Assembly (NCBI GenBank): GCA_011109175.1 | Contig: RDEW01000013.1 | Span: 1,184,767-1,248,766, forward strand | Direction: 5' to 3' | Length of the DNA: 64,000 bases | From: Dicyema japonicum | Lineage: Eukaryota; Animalia; Dicyemida | Shown here: positions 25,600 through 39,397 of the stretch, piece by piece | Layout: every line of letters starts with the position of its first letter | Position numbering within the stretch: the stretch's first letter is position 1 | The notes under the pieces: generated by a model | Seen by the model: the letters and a program-made list of their open reading frames with translations, nothing else | What the model was told of the DNA's origin: nothing | Database searches by the model: none | Made by a program: the position numbers and the translations under genes

Positions 25600-27329
25600 A
25601 CGTTAATTACATTTAATAATTCAATTGGCGAAAATTCTCCATTGTTCTCTCCATTTTCAGCATCAATATGTATTCGTCGACATTATAATCTACACAAAAA
25701 GGGTGACGATTTCGTTCTCGTCGAGGGTTTCTGTATGAGTTATTTTTTCCTCATTAGCAAGTTCTTCCAGTTCTTTTTGTACACATCCAAAACAGGATCT
25801 TGCATTATATCTTCATTACCTATAATTCAAGACATTTTATTGTCCCTGTCTTTTTGAAACAATTTTTTATTGTGCCTTTTTTTACTTCATTCCATGCGTG
25901 AGATATCGTGAGCCTTCCGTAAATTAACAAAAAATTTTTTTTCCAAATCAAGGCTTCCATATAATCCAAAATAAGCCTTTTTCTATGATAATCTTAAAGT
26001 TCTTGATTATTCCTACATCCATTGGTTAAAAATGAGCAGTTGTGTTTTTTGAAAGAAATACAAATTCAATGTTTTCAAAAAAATTCGTCAATTATCAATC
26101 AGTAAAAAAACTTTTTTCCGTAACATTTTAAGTCATCACTAAGATGACTGGCCATTCTGGCTGAATGTAACGTCTGATGACGCCCTCTAATGAAGATCGC
26201 ATTATGAAAACTATTCCGCTAAAGAATGAAGTGATGTCCGCGACGGTAGGACGTGGGACAAAAATGGAAGAAGGCGGACCTATTTCTCCACCTCTCTTCT
26301 GAAGCGGAAGCCTGTAATGAAATATTGAAAGATGGATTTGGTCAGCACAAGCAGATGTTTTCCCTTTGGTTCCTTCCTTGGATTAGTTATGACTGTTTGT
26401 ACTGGGCTTACAATAATAAGCCTGTCTTGGTCTTTTACTATGCCCAATAACAAAAGGTTAATTTTTATTGTTCCAGTTGCATTAGCACAAAGAGCTATAG
26501 TGATCCTCACTTCTGATTGTTTAATGCCTTTTCTATCTTTATATAAAATTGTTCTCGAAGGGAAAGATTGAAAAAAGAGTCAACTTTCATCCATGTTTAG
26601 CAATACTTCAGGGTCAACTTCTTTTAACTTATCAATTATATTTTGTCTATTGAAATTAATTTCATCTTGTGTTAAGCTGTTAGCTTCTATGAATAACTAT
26701 TAGTTTAAGATTAAATCTTGCTTCAAATCTGTTTAGCCTTTACTAAATTCAAGATCGTTGATTCCTAGCTTTTCACCAATTATTTTAGCTTGAAATGATG
26801 ATATCTTCAGTAATAAAGCAATTGATTGCATCCATTCTTGAAATCCATTCAACAAGGGAATTATCAAGTTGATGATGTTTATCAGCTGGCTGTCTTAACT
26901 TGTTAATCATAGTTTCACAGTATTCCCATTTATCACGATTTTTAAGAATTTATGAAAGTGTTGAAATTCCCAAATAAAGGTTCATTTTTATTTCACAGAT
27001 ATGGGATAATTCTCTGAGAGTCATTTTTGATGTATTTTTTATTTCACAAATCTTTCTTTTCTGAGCAATAGAAATTTCAGTCTTCTTTCTAACCATGTGG
27101 TACTGTTAAATTTTAAATTTTAATTTTAAATTAATTTAAATATACAATAAAAACAAAATAAATTAATCCGAATTTTTTAATAAATGTCTTTCGGATTGCG
27201 GATAATGAAGTTTTGTATTATTGAAGCCTGTTTGTAAGGAATCTTCGTAAAATTTTGCTGGCTCATCAAAAAAATTCGGATTATTGAAGTTTTAGGATCA
27301 TTGAAGTTCGGATTAATGAGGGTTTACTG
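25600..27329 (-). mobile_element. Decayed pogo/Tigger transposon
   Basis: Broken translation includes MVRKKTEISIAQKRKIC, LDNSLVEWI, RITIALCANATG and NTTAH.QPMDVGIIKNFK. One TIR end CAGTAAACCCTC.. flanked by TA at 27330-31; the other TIR was not found. Confidence 0.8.
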
Positions 27330-27339
27330 TATTTCTGTT

Positions 27340-27600
27340 TTTTGCTTTTCTCTTAAATAGTATTCGTCTTCTTCATTTAAAGTTTCTTTCAGATATTTTC
27401 AGTTTCTGGTTCAAAATAGATGGTAGTCTAGTTCTTGGCCTTCATTGAATCTCCTCCGCAAAGCGTAAAAAATGTTTCCAATGCAATAATTGCAGGAGTG
27501 TCTATTTCCATTAGTAGGATATGTCCAAAGAGCCTTCATCTTGATTTCAAGATATTTATCGATAGATCGTGAGATTTGTTACGGATATATAAATCTTAGT
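27340..27600 (-). mobile_element. RTE C-terminal fragment
   Basis: RLFGHILLMEIDTPA is homologous to RWRLFGHVLRMNPDAPA. Confidence 0.6.
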
Positions 27601-27629
27601 TTGAGATTTTCATCGGGTATCGTTTATTT

Positions 27630-28445
27630 TTTATAAATTTATTTTATTGAACCAAAACCATTGTCATACCCAAAATAACAAAATTCAGGTGATCCTAGCC
27701 TCCCTCAACAGTCTCCACATCTTTTCTCGATGTTCCGACTGCGTTCCTGCGCATTTCCGATATGGACGGGGTCCGCTTACTTGACTCCTTTGCAGGGCCA
27801 CTGTTCCAATTGCCTCTATCATATTTTCTAGGTTTCTTGGCAGGATTTCCACTCGGGAATATTTTCTTAGAAGGTTTGCAGCCTTCGGTTGAATGTTGCA
27901 TATCTTGTCCAAATTCGTAGCAGAAAAGTTAGATTAGTATCCCCAGATATTACATGCGTATCCTATTGTAGCCTCGATGAACTGTTTGTATATGACCACT
28001 CAGATTTTTTTTGTCTCTTAGGTTTCCCAAGATCGCCTTCAGGAAGTTGATTTTCCTCGTACAAGTCAATAACATATTTTCGACATATTTTGTAAAGGTT
28101 AAGAAGGTGTCAAAGGTAACTCCCAGGATTTTTAGGTATTTGTTTTGCGGATAATTTTCCTATCCAGTGTAACGTCAATTGATACTTTCCCTAGTCTTCT
28201 GTTTGTCGTAAATAGGATCAACACCGACTTCTTCGGGCTAGCAGTCAATTGATTTTCCCAAAGCCATAAACTTAATGTTTCAGATTGTCCTGCATTCTTT
28301 TCGTTGCTTCCACAATACTCACATCTCTCGAGGCAATCACAATATCATCAGCATACGTTAATAATATGTCATCCCCCTGAGGGAGTGGCAAGTAATTCAT
28401 CATAACGTTAAACAAGAGGGGAGATAATGGCGTGCTTTCCGTAGA
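27630..28445 (-). mobile_element. 5'-truncated I/Jockey-group LINE (RT to 3' end)
   Basis: PLSPLLFNVMM, TYADDIVIAS and ILGVTFD motifs; ORF end EKMWRLLREARIT*. Confidence 0.75.
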
Positions 28446-30515
28446 AACAGGACGAAACACTAAAAATTGAAACTAAAAAATGTTATATTTTATAAATAAA
28501 AAAATATACCAATGACAAAAAATGGAAAGACTTAAAAGGCTAGGCAATGTATATAAATAGAGAAGTGGTATACGGACAGAAATAACATTATGCCGACACC
28601 CTTGGAGATCCTAATCTACAAAATAACAGAGGAGAACGTGATCAGGATAACCCGCCCTAAACGAGCTTGCGTAAGATCAAGTAAGGACTATGAACCAACC
28701 TGAGAGCCTGGATTACATTTATCGGATCATTAATTTTGTTTATTCGGTTTAACAGTGGTATGTCGTTTGAACAACCCAAAATTAAAAAACATGGAGGATC
28801 AGTATCAGAAGCAGCACAATTAGTATGATTCCATGTATGTTGATAATATAATATAGATAATCAAGTCTTATGTTAGAATAAAGAATAACAATGAGGTAAA
28901 GTTTATAAAATGTAGGAATAAGCCAGAATAGCCATCCAGATAATATACCAAAGCATGAACATTTCTATTTTCATAGAAACGGACTAGCCTGGAAGGATAA
29001 CGAGAGCAACATAAAATAGCATGCTTAACAAAATTTTATTTAAATTAAATATTTTTTTAAATTTAGAATAATATTAAATTTTATAAAAAATCAAATATTA
29101 TGACTTTGTAATTTTTAAATATTTCAAAGATGTTCTGAGAATCCACATGAATTTTTTTGTGCTTTTTACAAAGCAATTTTCTGAGCAAACATAATAACCT
29201 TCAATGTCTAACTCATTAATCATATTAAAGTAAACTTATCAGATTAATTCTAATGAGTAAAATTCAAGGACATTGTAATGGCATGGTTATATATTGGTTT
29301 AATTGTTTATCATAAAATACTATATTTTATTAACTGACAAAATCATGAGAGCTACATAGCTATTAAGACTGCGAGGGAGATACGCTTATACAGCCATCGG
29401 CTTTTAGGAAATTACCGGACCGAGCTGAGATTATACTTTCGATACTTCCAAAAAATGCGCGGGACGAAGATTTTCACAGCGAGTGGACAGAACGTCACAT
29501 CATGTGGAAGTCACATATTTCAGCCGCTTTAGGTTCTCGCCTTATTTCCAAAGCAGAACAGGCTTCGCTCGTGCTCACCTAAATATTGTTTGTCAAAAAT
29601 AATCTAATTTTATATATTAATAAAATTCTATATTAATAAAAATTCTTAATTAACATAACCAGTTTTTCCTTGAATTAATTTATCATCAAAGAACAAACTT
29701 TAAGACCGCCCTCCTCGTCTTTTCCAGCATCAAGATTATTCCCCCTTCTCTGAGAGAAAAAACTACCTTTCGCAGATACAATAGTTTTAGAGTTCATTTT
29801 AATACTGTTGCATTTCCCCACATTTCTAGGATTAAATACATTCACGTGTCCATCTAGCACAAATACCTTTGAAAACAAAGATGACTGGCTATAAAAAGTT
29901 GGTCATATCAAACATTTCTGATTTAATGGAACCTTAGTGTAAGTATCAAACAGCCATGTTTTAACACAAGAGATTATGCTATTTCACAATTATGTAGATG
30001 TGTTGGAAAGTAGGAATTCACACAAAAAGTACTTGTAGTCATCATTTCTACAAATAATTGTATTGACAGTTATTGAGATACTAAATTTACTTAGTGTAGT
30101 CAGACGTCGAGGTTCTTGAGGAAAAACAAGGACTTTCTACTTATCTTTCCATTTGTCGCAACAGAAATCGCATGAAACATGAGCTGTAGAGACCCTCGAT
30201 ACTTTTTCCCTTTAGTCTTTTCCGGAGTGAATAGCGCCTTCACTGTACTCCCATAATATTAGTTGCAGATAAAGTGTCTAAATGGCCCAGATTACAGAAA
30301 AATTATTGGGCCAAATCTTTTTGTGTTCATAGAAGTGGCTATTAGACGGTTGTGAATTTACTAGAGAATTGATAAGAGCTACTCGAACTAAGCTAAGAAG
30401 TTTAGGAAAATCTATTTTAACCCAATAAAATGCCCCAATTTTAACTATGACTAATTAGCAGTCGTCACTGAATAGCTTTTGCTGATCCAAGGATATCTAT
30501 AAGTAAATAAACTGA

Positions 30516-30907
30516 TCAAACATTGTCGTCCAAGTTGGTCCTCTTTGATTTCATCTAAAATTTTCAGCAGAATCACTAACCTTATAATAAATTTTAATAG
30601 AAATCATCACAATCGATATAAAACACAGAATTGCGAAAATTACATAAAGAGACATATTTAAAGATTCAATATTTCGTACAATCTATTTATAAGCAACATT
30701 CATTACCCAGTCATATATCCTATCAACAAAAGATTCTAAAATCAGTCGAAAACCCAAACCTTTCTGATGAAAATGATGATTTTTACTTTTTTTCTCTTAT
30801 AAAAGTTAAAAAATAATAATACTGTGTAGAGAGTTTAGGGTATTTTGAGCGAGCAACAGTAGAGAAATGATTATCACCTACAAAGTATACTTAATCCTAC
30901 AAACCAT
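30516..30907 (-). CDS. Intact 87-aa small type I membrane protein. Six exons: 30907-05, 30877-23, 30795-60, 30735-07, 30682-581, 30554-16
   Basis: Five GT-AG introns of 27, 27, 24, 24 and 26 nt give an open frame: MVIIISLLLLAQNTLNSLHKKKSKNHHFHQKESFVDRIYDWIVRNIESLNMSLYVIFAILCFISIVMISIKIYYKMKSKRTNLDDNV*. The same exon pattern occurs in the paralog at 59586-60710. Confidence 0.8.
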
Positions 30908-31264
30908 ATCTGTGTCTCATTAAAACAATACGCAATATCTATTGTGAATTTGGTTATCCGCTTCAAAATTATAAATTATTTTATTTAAATTAAAAAAATA
31001 ATATATTTAATCGTTGTCTAATTTCAATCATTATAAAAATAATAATTTCATTTTAACTCGAGGAAACTTTGCAGATCGTCCTACAATTTATGTAATAACT
31101 CAAAAAAAACACCAAGAAAGGACTTGAAAACTCTGAAAAAATTGAAATCCGCGAACGATCTGAACATTAAGATCCCTAGCGAACAATGAATGTATGTGGA
31201 AAATTTTTAATTTCCAAATTGTTTCTTTTGCTACACATACGACTATAAGTATTATGGTTCACTA

Positions 31265-31590
31265 ATAATAATAATAAAAAAAGCTTTTTCACGAGAGCCA
31301 TAGTATTTATAGCTCCGCATAGGCAGGACACACACAATAATTAAATAAAGAACAGTTAATTTTTAACTAATCGTAGAACCAAAGAATGATCTTCATTTCT
31401 TTTTTCTCTTTCTTGTGTGTGAGTCCTTTCTAGACAATCCAGTTCCGCAGTGAGTATCCACTGATGACGGCGTCACTCGTCAAACCCTTTTTGCATCGTG
31501 GATGCGTGGAACCTTCCACCAGGTGAACAGCAGCGAGAATCGAACCCGTAACCTAGGTTACTTTAGCTCGACACCTAACCACTACGCCAC
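31265..31590 (-). mobile_element. Full-length tRNA-derived SINE (family A) with 11-bp TSD ATGGTTCACTA
   Basis: A box TGGCGTAGTGG, B box GGTTCGATTCT, (ATT)n tail. TSD at 31254-64 and 31591-601. Confidence 0.9.
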
Positions 31591-32399
31591 ATGGTTCACT
31601 AGAAAGTGCTTAATAATAATTTTAACTCAAAGATGTTATCCACAGCGTTTGGGAATCGCCATCGTCCGTAGCAACATCTACTATTTTCTGGAAGCTGTAT
31701 TATGATTTGTTGCAATTTTTTTAAAATTAATTAGAAACTCGAAGATTCATCTTTGTCATACAAGATTTTTTATTGTCACGCGAATTTTTAAGAATAACCA
31801 TCTCAGGCAACAAAATTCTTAACGTAGTTTTGTTACCTCCACTCATAATCAACGACTGTCTCTTTAATCCGAATAATTGTTGCCGTTTTCAATAATTTAT
31901 CTTCCATTAAATTAACGGGGTTAATAAAATATTTAGGTTTTTTTGATTAAGTTTTTTTAGTCAAAATTGAATTTAATACAGATTGGAAAGGCAATCACTT
32001 CAAGGCTATGAGATGATGAGCGGTGTAGATCCTCGAACGCTTCGGAATTGTTACCATTCATGGCAATGCTCACTGTCTCTGGCAGCAAATGTCTGATTTT
32101 TTTGTCTAGTAAATTTGATAATTCAATTATTTTTGTTAAATCTTCAAAAAGTAAATCATTAATTTCTCTAACTTCTGGAGATTAATGATCTCAAGATACT
32201 GCACTTTTACGCAGAGTCACATCACTTAGCTCCACCAAGACAAGACTCACAGTTATTGTAACTAACCGTAGAGGAATAACCAAAGAATTATCTTCACTTT
32301 TTTGTACTTTCTGTGCCTGTGAGTCCATCTGGAGATTAATAATGTCAAGATAGTCTAGAAATAAAAATTATCATCACATTATTATCAAAGAAATTCAGA

Positions 32400-32800
32400 T
32401 CATCGAGAAAAATGCTAAACAACTAATTAAGTGACCCCAGCTTCTAATAGTCTCCAAACTCTCCTCGAATGTTCCTCAATTCTTAAACTGAAGATTTTCT
32501 TGGAATACCCATCGTTCCTGAAAATGACACACAGATCGAGATTCTCTGTTAACAAGAATACACGGAGAAAGAAGTTAATAGTTCACGACTAATTAAATTT
32601 TGCTTTTTATATCACACAAGTTCACCCAGAACCAGCGGAAATGTAAGGAAAGATCCAGATTTGTAGCTACGAGAATCCATCCAGCATCGTAGGGCAAATC
32701 AAAAATTCCCTTTCGCGTCACCTGAGACAGTGGTCCACATGAAGACACTCTATTAAACAAAGGAGGATAAACGGAGAAAAGGAGAGAAATATATCAAATA
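32400..32800 (-). mobile_element. Diverged family-B-like SINE (32540-32800) next to an I-like LINE 3' end (32400-32520)
   Basis: taatagagtgtcttcatgtggaccactgtctcaggtgacgc resembles the B core. RRVWRLLEAGVT* followed by ttagttgttt. Confidence 0.55.
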
Positions 32801-35800
32801 GCTGTAGCGAATAGAACAGACAGAGACTTGTTAGTGAAATAAAATTCGAAGCACTACCTGATTAAAAGACAGGAAACAGGCCATGGTATCTTGTTGATTT
32901 CTCCTACCGGAATCAAGCAGATTATTGATTTTATAGTCATTATTTTATCAATAATAATAAATCTAAGTAAAGTTTATGAAAATGTAGGAATAGCCATAAT
33001 AGCCATCCAGTTAATTTACCAAAGCATGAACATTTCTATTTTCATAGAAACGGACTAGCCTGGATTTTTCATGTAAGGATAACGTGAACAACATTGAATA
33101 AACGTGGTTATCACTATTTTATTTTAAATTAAATATTTTTAATTTTAAATAATATTAAGTTTTATAAAAGTAAATGAGATTTTTTTTATTTTTGTTGACT
33201 CCGTTTATTATCTGATAGGTTACGAAAACCCCAAATGATGGGAGAAGTTATGGCTTTTTTGTTCCTTCCGGAATGGATGACACTTTTTCGGGTTAACCAC
33301 AATCCACTCGCTGTTATTGGCTAATATTTCAAACCACGGTCATACAACTTTTCTTATACGTAAAAAATTCATTGCTATATAACAATCTCGTCATTTACAA
33401 AGGTTTAAATCGAATAAACCATGAAACTGAGTCAATTAACTTTTTTTAATATGATAATTTTACCGTAGTTTTCTTAAAACTTCATTCAAACTAATGAAAA
33501 ATAATGGCCTGATTTTAATTGTATCCTGATGATGATATTTTTTGAAAAAACTGATTTTTTATTAAAAAATTTTTAACTAAAGAAAACTACGACCTTTTAA
33601 CTGATTATTATGCAAAGTCAGTGGCGCTACGTCCATTATGTCAGCTGGGACCAATTGACTGGTAATCGAAGCTTAAAGTGTTGTTTCAAATAAAAGGTTT
33701 TGAGAAAAAAACTAAATTATTTATTTTAAAAATAAAATTATTATCTAACACATTCATTATCATTTTCTAATTTTTCTGACTTATAAATATCTCCAGATTT
33801 CAGCATGGACAGTATTTTCGTGACACAGTGTACTTGATGATCAAGATCATTATCCTTCAAAGTTTTTTTAGATGAACTAACTCTCTGCAAAACAAATAAA
33901 ATCTTCAAATTTATATAAACATAAAATAAACCCAAAAAGACTAACATCATCTTCCATGATCGAAGCAGTTCATTATATATTTTTAAATATTAAATTTCTA
34001 ATAATTTTCAACTTGAATTTCTAATTTTTTGGTAACGTACCTTGACCGCACAGAATGTCTAATATCCACATAACTGATGAATGCCATTGTCTTCCTCTTT
34101 TTCATGAGGTTGGATGAATTAACGAAGCCAGAAGAAATTGAAAACCTAATGTGTTGAATTAAGGAAGTGTCGGAAACATCGATTATTTGAATTTAAATTC
34201 GATCGGGGCTATATTCAAGGCACTTGTATGATAGTTAATCTGTAATTGAACATAGTTATTCTGTCATTGATCCCACTGAAAGGATATAGTCAAGCGAGTA
34301 ATTTAGAATTTTGATCAATAGCTGGATACTAAGGAAGTATGTTAATCACAAATGGACGTGGAATCTGAGAATGGACTAAAGACACCACCAAATGTTATCA
34401 CGGGAGACTACTTAGCGGCATCTTGGAACGAATTCAGTGGCTTCTTGAAATTTTTAATGCTGATCAGAGGCTGGTAAAGCAAGCAGTGAAAGACAATTGA
34501 GACGCAAAGACAGCAAAGACCTCGATTAATTGAAACGTTTTGTTGCTAATAATAATTAAAAAATCGATAATTTTATATAAAAATTATTTATTTTCCCCAA
34601 AGCTGTAAATTACTGTACAAGGGATATTTATGTAAGGTTAAATATTAAGAAACTGGCATTTTAAGTACTCATTCATTTCCCTGAGCATTTTACAGGACGT
34701 TTATTCTGATATTTGTTTATTTTGATCGCCATTGCTAAGATTTTCATTCTAACTTACGTTTTCAGTAAAGTTCAACAGTGCAAAATTGGTTCAGAATTGA
34801 AAAATAAAAAATCTGGTTGGATATCTATTGAAACCTCTCTAATAATATCTATTTTTTATCGTACTCTTAGTCTTCTATTTTACCCCGTTTACAATTGATC
34901 CATCTTTAGATTCCAAGTGTCCGAGAATCCATAATGTTGCTATCATATGATTGGAAGTCATAGTTTAACGATTATTGATCAAAAGTTAATGACTACTAAT
35001 ATTCTACGAGATTTTTGATTCAATCAAGATCGAAGAATCCTTTTTTATTAGTTATTTTAAAAATGGGACAATTTATTAAGAGGAGAAATCATCAAATCTT
35101 ATTGTAGATCACAGCAAAGGTTAATCTACAAAGTAAATATCCTTCAACCATCCGAAGATTTGACTAATCGGTTTAATCGATGTACTTGTGACAAAGCTCT
35201 ACTGAAATCGGCTTATTACACCTAATTCTTCACATTTTCAAGGTGGATGTAACGTCTCGCCCCTATTCTTGATAACTCAGAATCATCGGATGCATATAAA
35301 TGAGGAAGCATCAATGAGCCAATGTCTGGGTAAGCCTGACCGAAATTCGTGGAAAATAGGACAAGAACTCATTAGGAGTAACATAGAATTATTATTCGTT
35401 AATTCTTGAATTTTTAATACTAGTTGCTTATATTTCGATTTTATTTTTACCAAAACAAAAATGGCAAATTAACTGTCAATCAAAATTAACTAAGACTTTC
35501 GTGGATGGCGGAGAACTACGCTTAATCTCTGTCCGGTGAGTATAACTTAAGCAATTCATGGAATGAGAGATTTGCGCATTATAGCAGTTTAACTTAAGAC
35601 AGAGTCAATATATTCAATTATTATAAGCTATGGAGTATATCCTCTCTGAGTGGAATAGAAATCCTGTCAAATTGCCAGCAGCGTTCGTAGAGTTCGTCTG
35701 AACAGAGTAAGATAAGATTTACAAGTTTTTTTAAAGCATAAGAAAACAGTTTGAGAGTTATGAATGTTTCCACTGCAAACGGAACAAAAGTTAAATCAAC

Positions 35801-36097
35801 AGAAAGCTCATCAACTTCCAATACTTAGATGGAACGATCGAAGAAAAACTGTCGAGTAAAGTGCGCATCTCATGGTGCCACATCAATATGCGACTAACCG
35901 CTTGGCGTGAATTAATAGAAAAATTTGCCGCTCAATTTTCGACAGTTTAATATTTTAATAAAAAATTATGTTATTTATTAGAATGTTTCGGAATTTTAAT
36001 TAAACTAAATAATAAAAAATAAAATTTAAATTATATTTAACTATTGTCTTTCGTGGTTGGTTTTTTGTAAATTATAAAACTAGTTATTTTCAAATAT

Positions 36098-39000
36098 ATG
36101 ACCGAAACAGCAAATGAGAAACTCCAACTATGCTTAACTACAGATGAGTACAATTGTCTTTCTCATTCTATTAAAAAGCAAGCTTACTAATCTAGTGGAT
36201 TCTAAACTACAAGAAATAGGAAAATTTAGGAACACGTTCCTTAAGAAATTCATTGAACAAAAGGTAAATTCAACTTAACATGAAAGAACAAAATTCTTTA
36301 GAGGAGGATTTCACAACACTTGAGCAGAGATTTGACTCAGGATTCTATAAGACTTGGAAAGTCAACAATTTTAGTTAATTTTCAGAGGAGGTTAAGGAAA
36401 TCTGCAAAAACGCAAAAATTGACCTTGGAAAAGTATGAGTTGCTAGGAAAACTGGAAATAGCTGAAAGTGAGGGAATATCTTCAAAGTTAGTAATTTTAC
36501 TCATAAAGTACCTATTTGAACGGTACGAGACTGAGACGACAAGCCTTAGAAGTCAAGTTGAATATCTGCAGACTGAATTGCATAAAATGAACAGTGAGGT
36601 GTTGTCCTCTAGGCAGCAGTACGTAGTTCTTTGTATTACTGTAGAATGTCAACTCCATGCACGTGAAGATTGAACTGGACGAACAGAAAAACCTTAGTCA
36701 TTAGTTTTTGTTTTAATAATTTGGTTAGCATTGTTAGAGTCATGTTTGTAAGAGTTTTGACTATTTCTTCCAAGAATCTGACTGAGGTGGGTTTACCTAT
36801 GACTGTAGATTTACGATGAATATTTTAATATTAATGAAGCTTTAATGAGAGAAAGAAGTGAGAATATTTGCATGACAGAGTCTGTGTTGATACTTAGCAG
36901 GTTTGTGCTTTAATTCCCTCTTTTACCGAGCTGTTAATTAACCCTTTAGTCTTGTTATTGACACAAATAATCATAGTAACTCAATCTTGCAGGGCTACTG
37001 TAAGGTTGGAGGACGCTTTTCCCTTTTGATTTGTAAGAAATTCCTCAATGAGCCACCTCCTTTATCGCTCATACCCATTCCCTTACCTTTTATTAGCCCA
37101 AATTTTTTGTCACTTTGTTGTTAATTTTTTATATCATTTTGATGAATTGCACTTCGTATTTCTTTTTCTTATATAAGCTTATTCTGCTTTTACTTGATTT
37201 CCTTAGTTTTATAAATTTAAATCTGTTGATAGTTTACTTATGTCTCCCATTGAAGTACTCATCTTCTAATTTCTTAGCGATTTTTTATACTAACTTCTTA
37301 GTCTTACTTTAGTTTTATGTGCTTTATTGCTTATTGAATTCTTTTCCACCTCAAAGTTAATTTGTAGGAAGCTGAGGACAAGGCACTGAGTATTATGAAA
37401 TTAAAGAGCATAATTAAAGACTACTGCAATCCATGAATGAGACTCAAAGAATATGGAATGTTACTTCAAGATATTCTTCTCCAATTCCATCAATTATAGC
37501 GAGTAAAGGCTAATGCTGATAAAGTGACTCAAAAGATCGACAAACTGAAGGCTGAACGTTGACAACTTAAATATCAAAGCAACAATTTGTCACTCCAAGT
37601 GCAAATTCTTTTCAAACAAATTCACGAATTACGTGGAGGGGAAGTCGTTGAGACATTGACCATTCGGAACTGGTCATAGATTATGTGGAACATTGGTCAA
37701 ATTAATGTTTGAATGATTTTTATTCAAGAATGATCGAGGAATTACAAACCTGAAATCTTCAGTTGCTGTTTACTGTGAGAAGGTATATGAGTGAGGAACA
37801 GGGGGGAAACCGAGAAATATGAAGAAATGCTAAACGAGAGCAGACTGAGGATTGAAGACCTAACCAAATCTAATGAGGAGTTATCCTCACTTAGAGTCCG
37901 GGACTCTGACTTGGTATTTCAGTGATTTTTACTTAAGTTTGATGTGATTTCTTAACAACTTGATCTCTTCCACTCAATGCTTTCAAAATCTAAAAGTGTT
38001 CAAAATATGGACTTTTCCGTTCACTCAGTGAACGAGATTGTTAAAAACACGTTCCTTTCAATTCGGCGCCATGTGGCTAGTTGGTCATAAATTATTTTGT
38101 TTCCGATGGCGTCATTGGATATACCTTGCTGAGGAGACGCCCAATGCCTGGCCGGCATCAAGATAAGCGAATTATTCTCCCCCGGTGGACAATGTCGTTA
38201 TCTGGAGACAAGTTCTGGAACCCTGGAGCGAGTCAGAATCTAAGAGTTAGTTTGGCTACCATTGGTCTTTGGAATAATTTTAATTTTTTTTAATTTTACA
38301 AGAAAAAGTTGACAGATTGCGAAGTATAAACATGGATTTTACGCAAAGTAACGGAGATCTGTCCTCTTGAGTATTATTCTACTATTAAAATAACTTGAAT
38401 TTTACATTGAGATTAGCCACTATAGAAAACGACATAAACTTGTACCAGGCCAATATCGAAGTACTAAGGAGACAATGAAGACAAACGAACACAGAATGTA
38501 TTGCTAAAAGAAAAAATAGGAAATTGTACCGGGTTTTTTTGCTTTATTAATATTGAAAGACATTGGTGATGTAAGAAAGCAGTTTTATGAAAGCAAATTG
38601 TCGGTAATTTCTGTCAAAATCGAAAAAGACGGCCTTATCAGTGAAAATAATAGACTTTTGTCGAAAAATTGTGCTCTCAGATCAAAACAGAGGGTCTTTA
38701 GTTCCATTGCCAACGATATTCTGGCTAGTCCGCTGTGGAAAAGTAACTGTTATAAACAAGCAGAATTGATTCTGATGATCGTATGTTTGTAGAAAAGCGA
38801 GTCCAAGACCTTTCCTTTGCCTTGATTGAATCGAAGAATCTCCTATCTAAAATTGACCGGGAAAACACAAAAGGCCATGGTGGTGTTTGGTCTTTATTCC
38901 ATACAAGGACAGAGGAGCTTGAAAATCAACTAGCAGGGGTAGGAAAGTATTTTAAAGAAACAAGTCAACTATGATTTCCTACCAGAGTGAAGTTTCTGTT

Positions 39001-39150
39001 AATAAGTGAATCAAACTCCACCCTCTTGCGAAACTTACATCTCACGCCATCTTTCAAGAACGATGTAGATCGTTTTATGAACATGGACCTTGAAGACCAT
39101 CGAAGGAGAGCTGAGGTCATCTAATGAGGATATATTGAATATATTTTTGA
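36098..39150 (+). pseudogene. TPR: Unprocessed, partial pseudogene of nucleoporin TPR/Megator
   Basis: Segments match TPR as I recall it: LQLCLTTDEYNCLSHSIKSKL, SLRSQVEYLQTELHK, KNLTE/IYDEY, LSLQVQILF..ELRG, IEELQ..NLQLL. Micro-introns retained. In-frame stops at 37497, 37560 and 37751. Internal deletions and a SINE insertion. Confidence 0.7.
38063..38290 (+). mobile_element. SINE-like family C copy inserted in the TPR pseudogene
   Basis: Half palindrome head, core at 38108-38163, LINE-like tail. Confidence 0.75.
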
Positions 39151-39397
39151 CAATAATGGCAACTACAGGTCATTTTGTAGGAATTGGTATTTCTACTTTA
39201 CGTTCTTAGCTACATAATAGATGAAAACCCTTTTCTTTTTCCCTTGATATGGACGAGATGACGGAAATCTGAAATTTTGGACAAATTCAGGTGCACGATA
39301 ATATGGGTACAAATCTTGTTCACCCAAAATTGAAAGAACTTAGGGAACCACCAAGAAAAAAAATTTAAATAAACTAATTAGATGATTATTCGATCAA

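Noticed and set aside
31461-31490. CTGATGA..AAA in the antisense strand of SINE A, resembling a hammerhead ribozyme core
   Set aside because: The required GAAA after stem II is CAAA, the stem register is wrong, and the second full copy (62144) lacks the initial C.
31430-31520. HDV-like reading of the SINE A body (GGUUCC..GGAACU-GG)
   Set aside because: No L3-like loop, P2 or J4/2 could be placed, and the pairing is not kept in other copies.
31530-31590. Functional tRNA gene
   Set aside because: No acceptor-stem 3' strand or proper anticodon arm; it continues into a SINE body and is flanked by TSDs.
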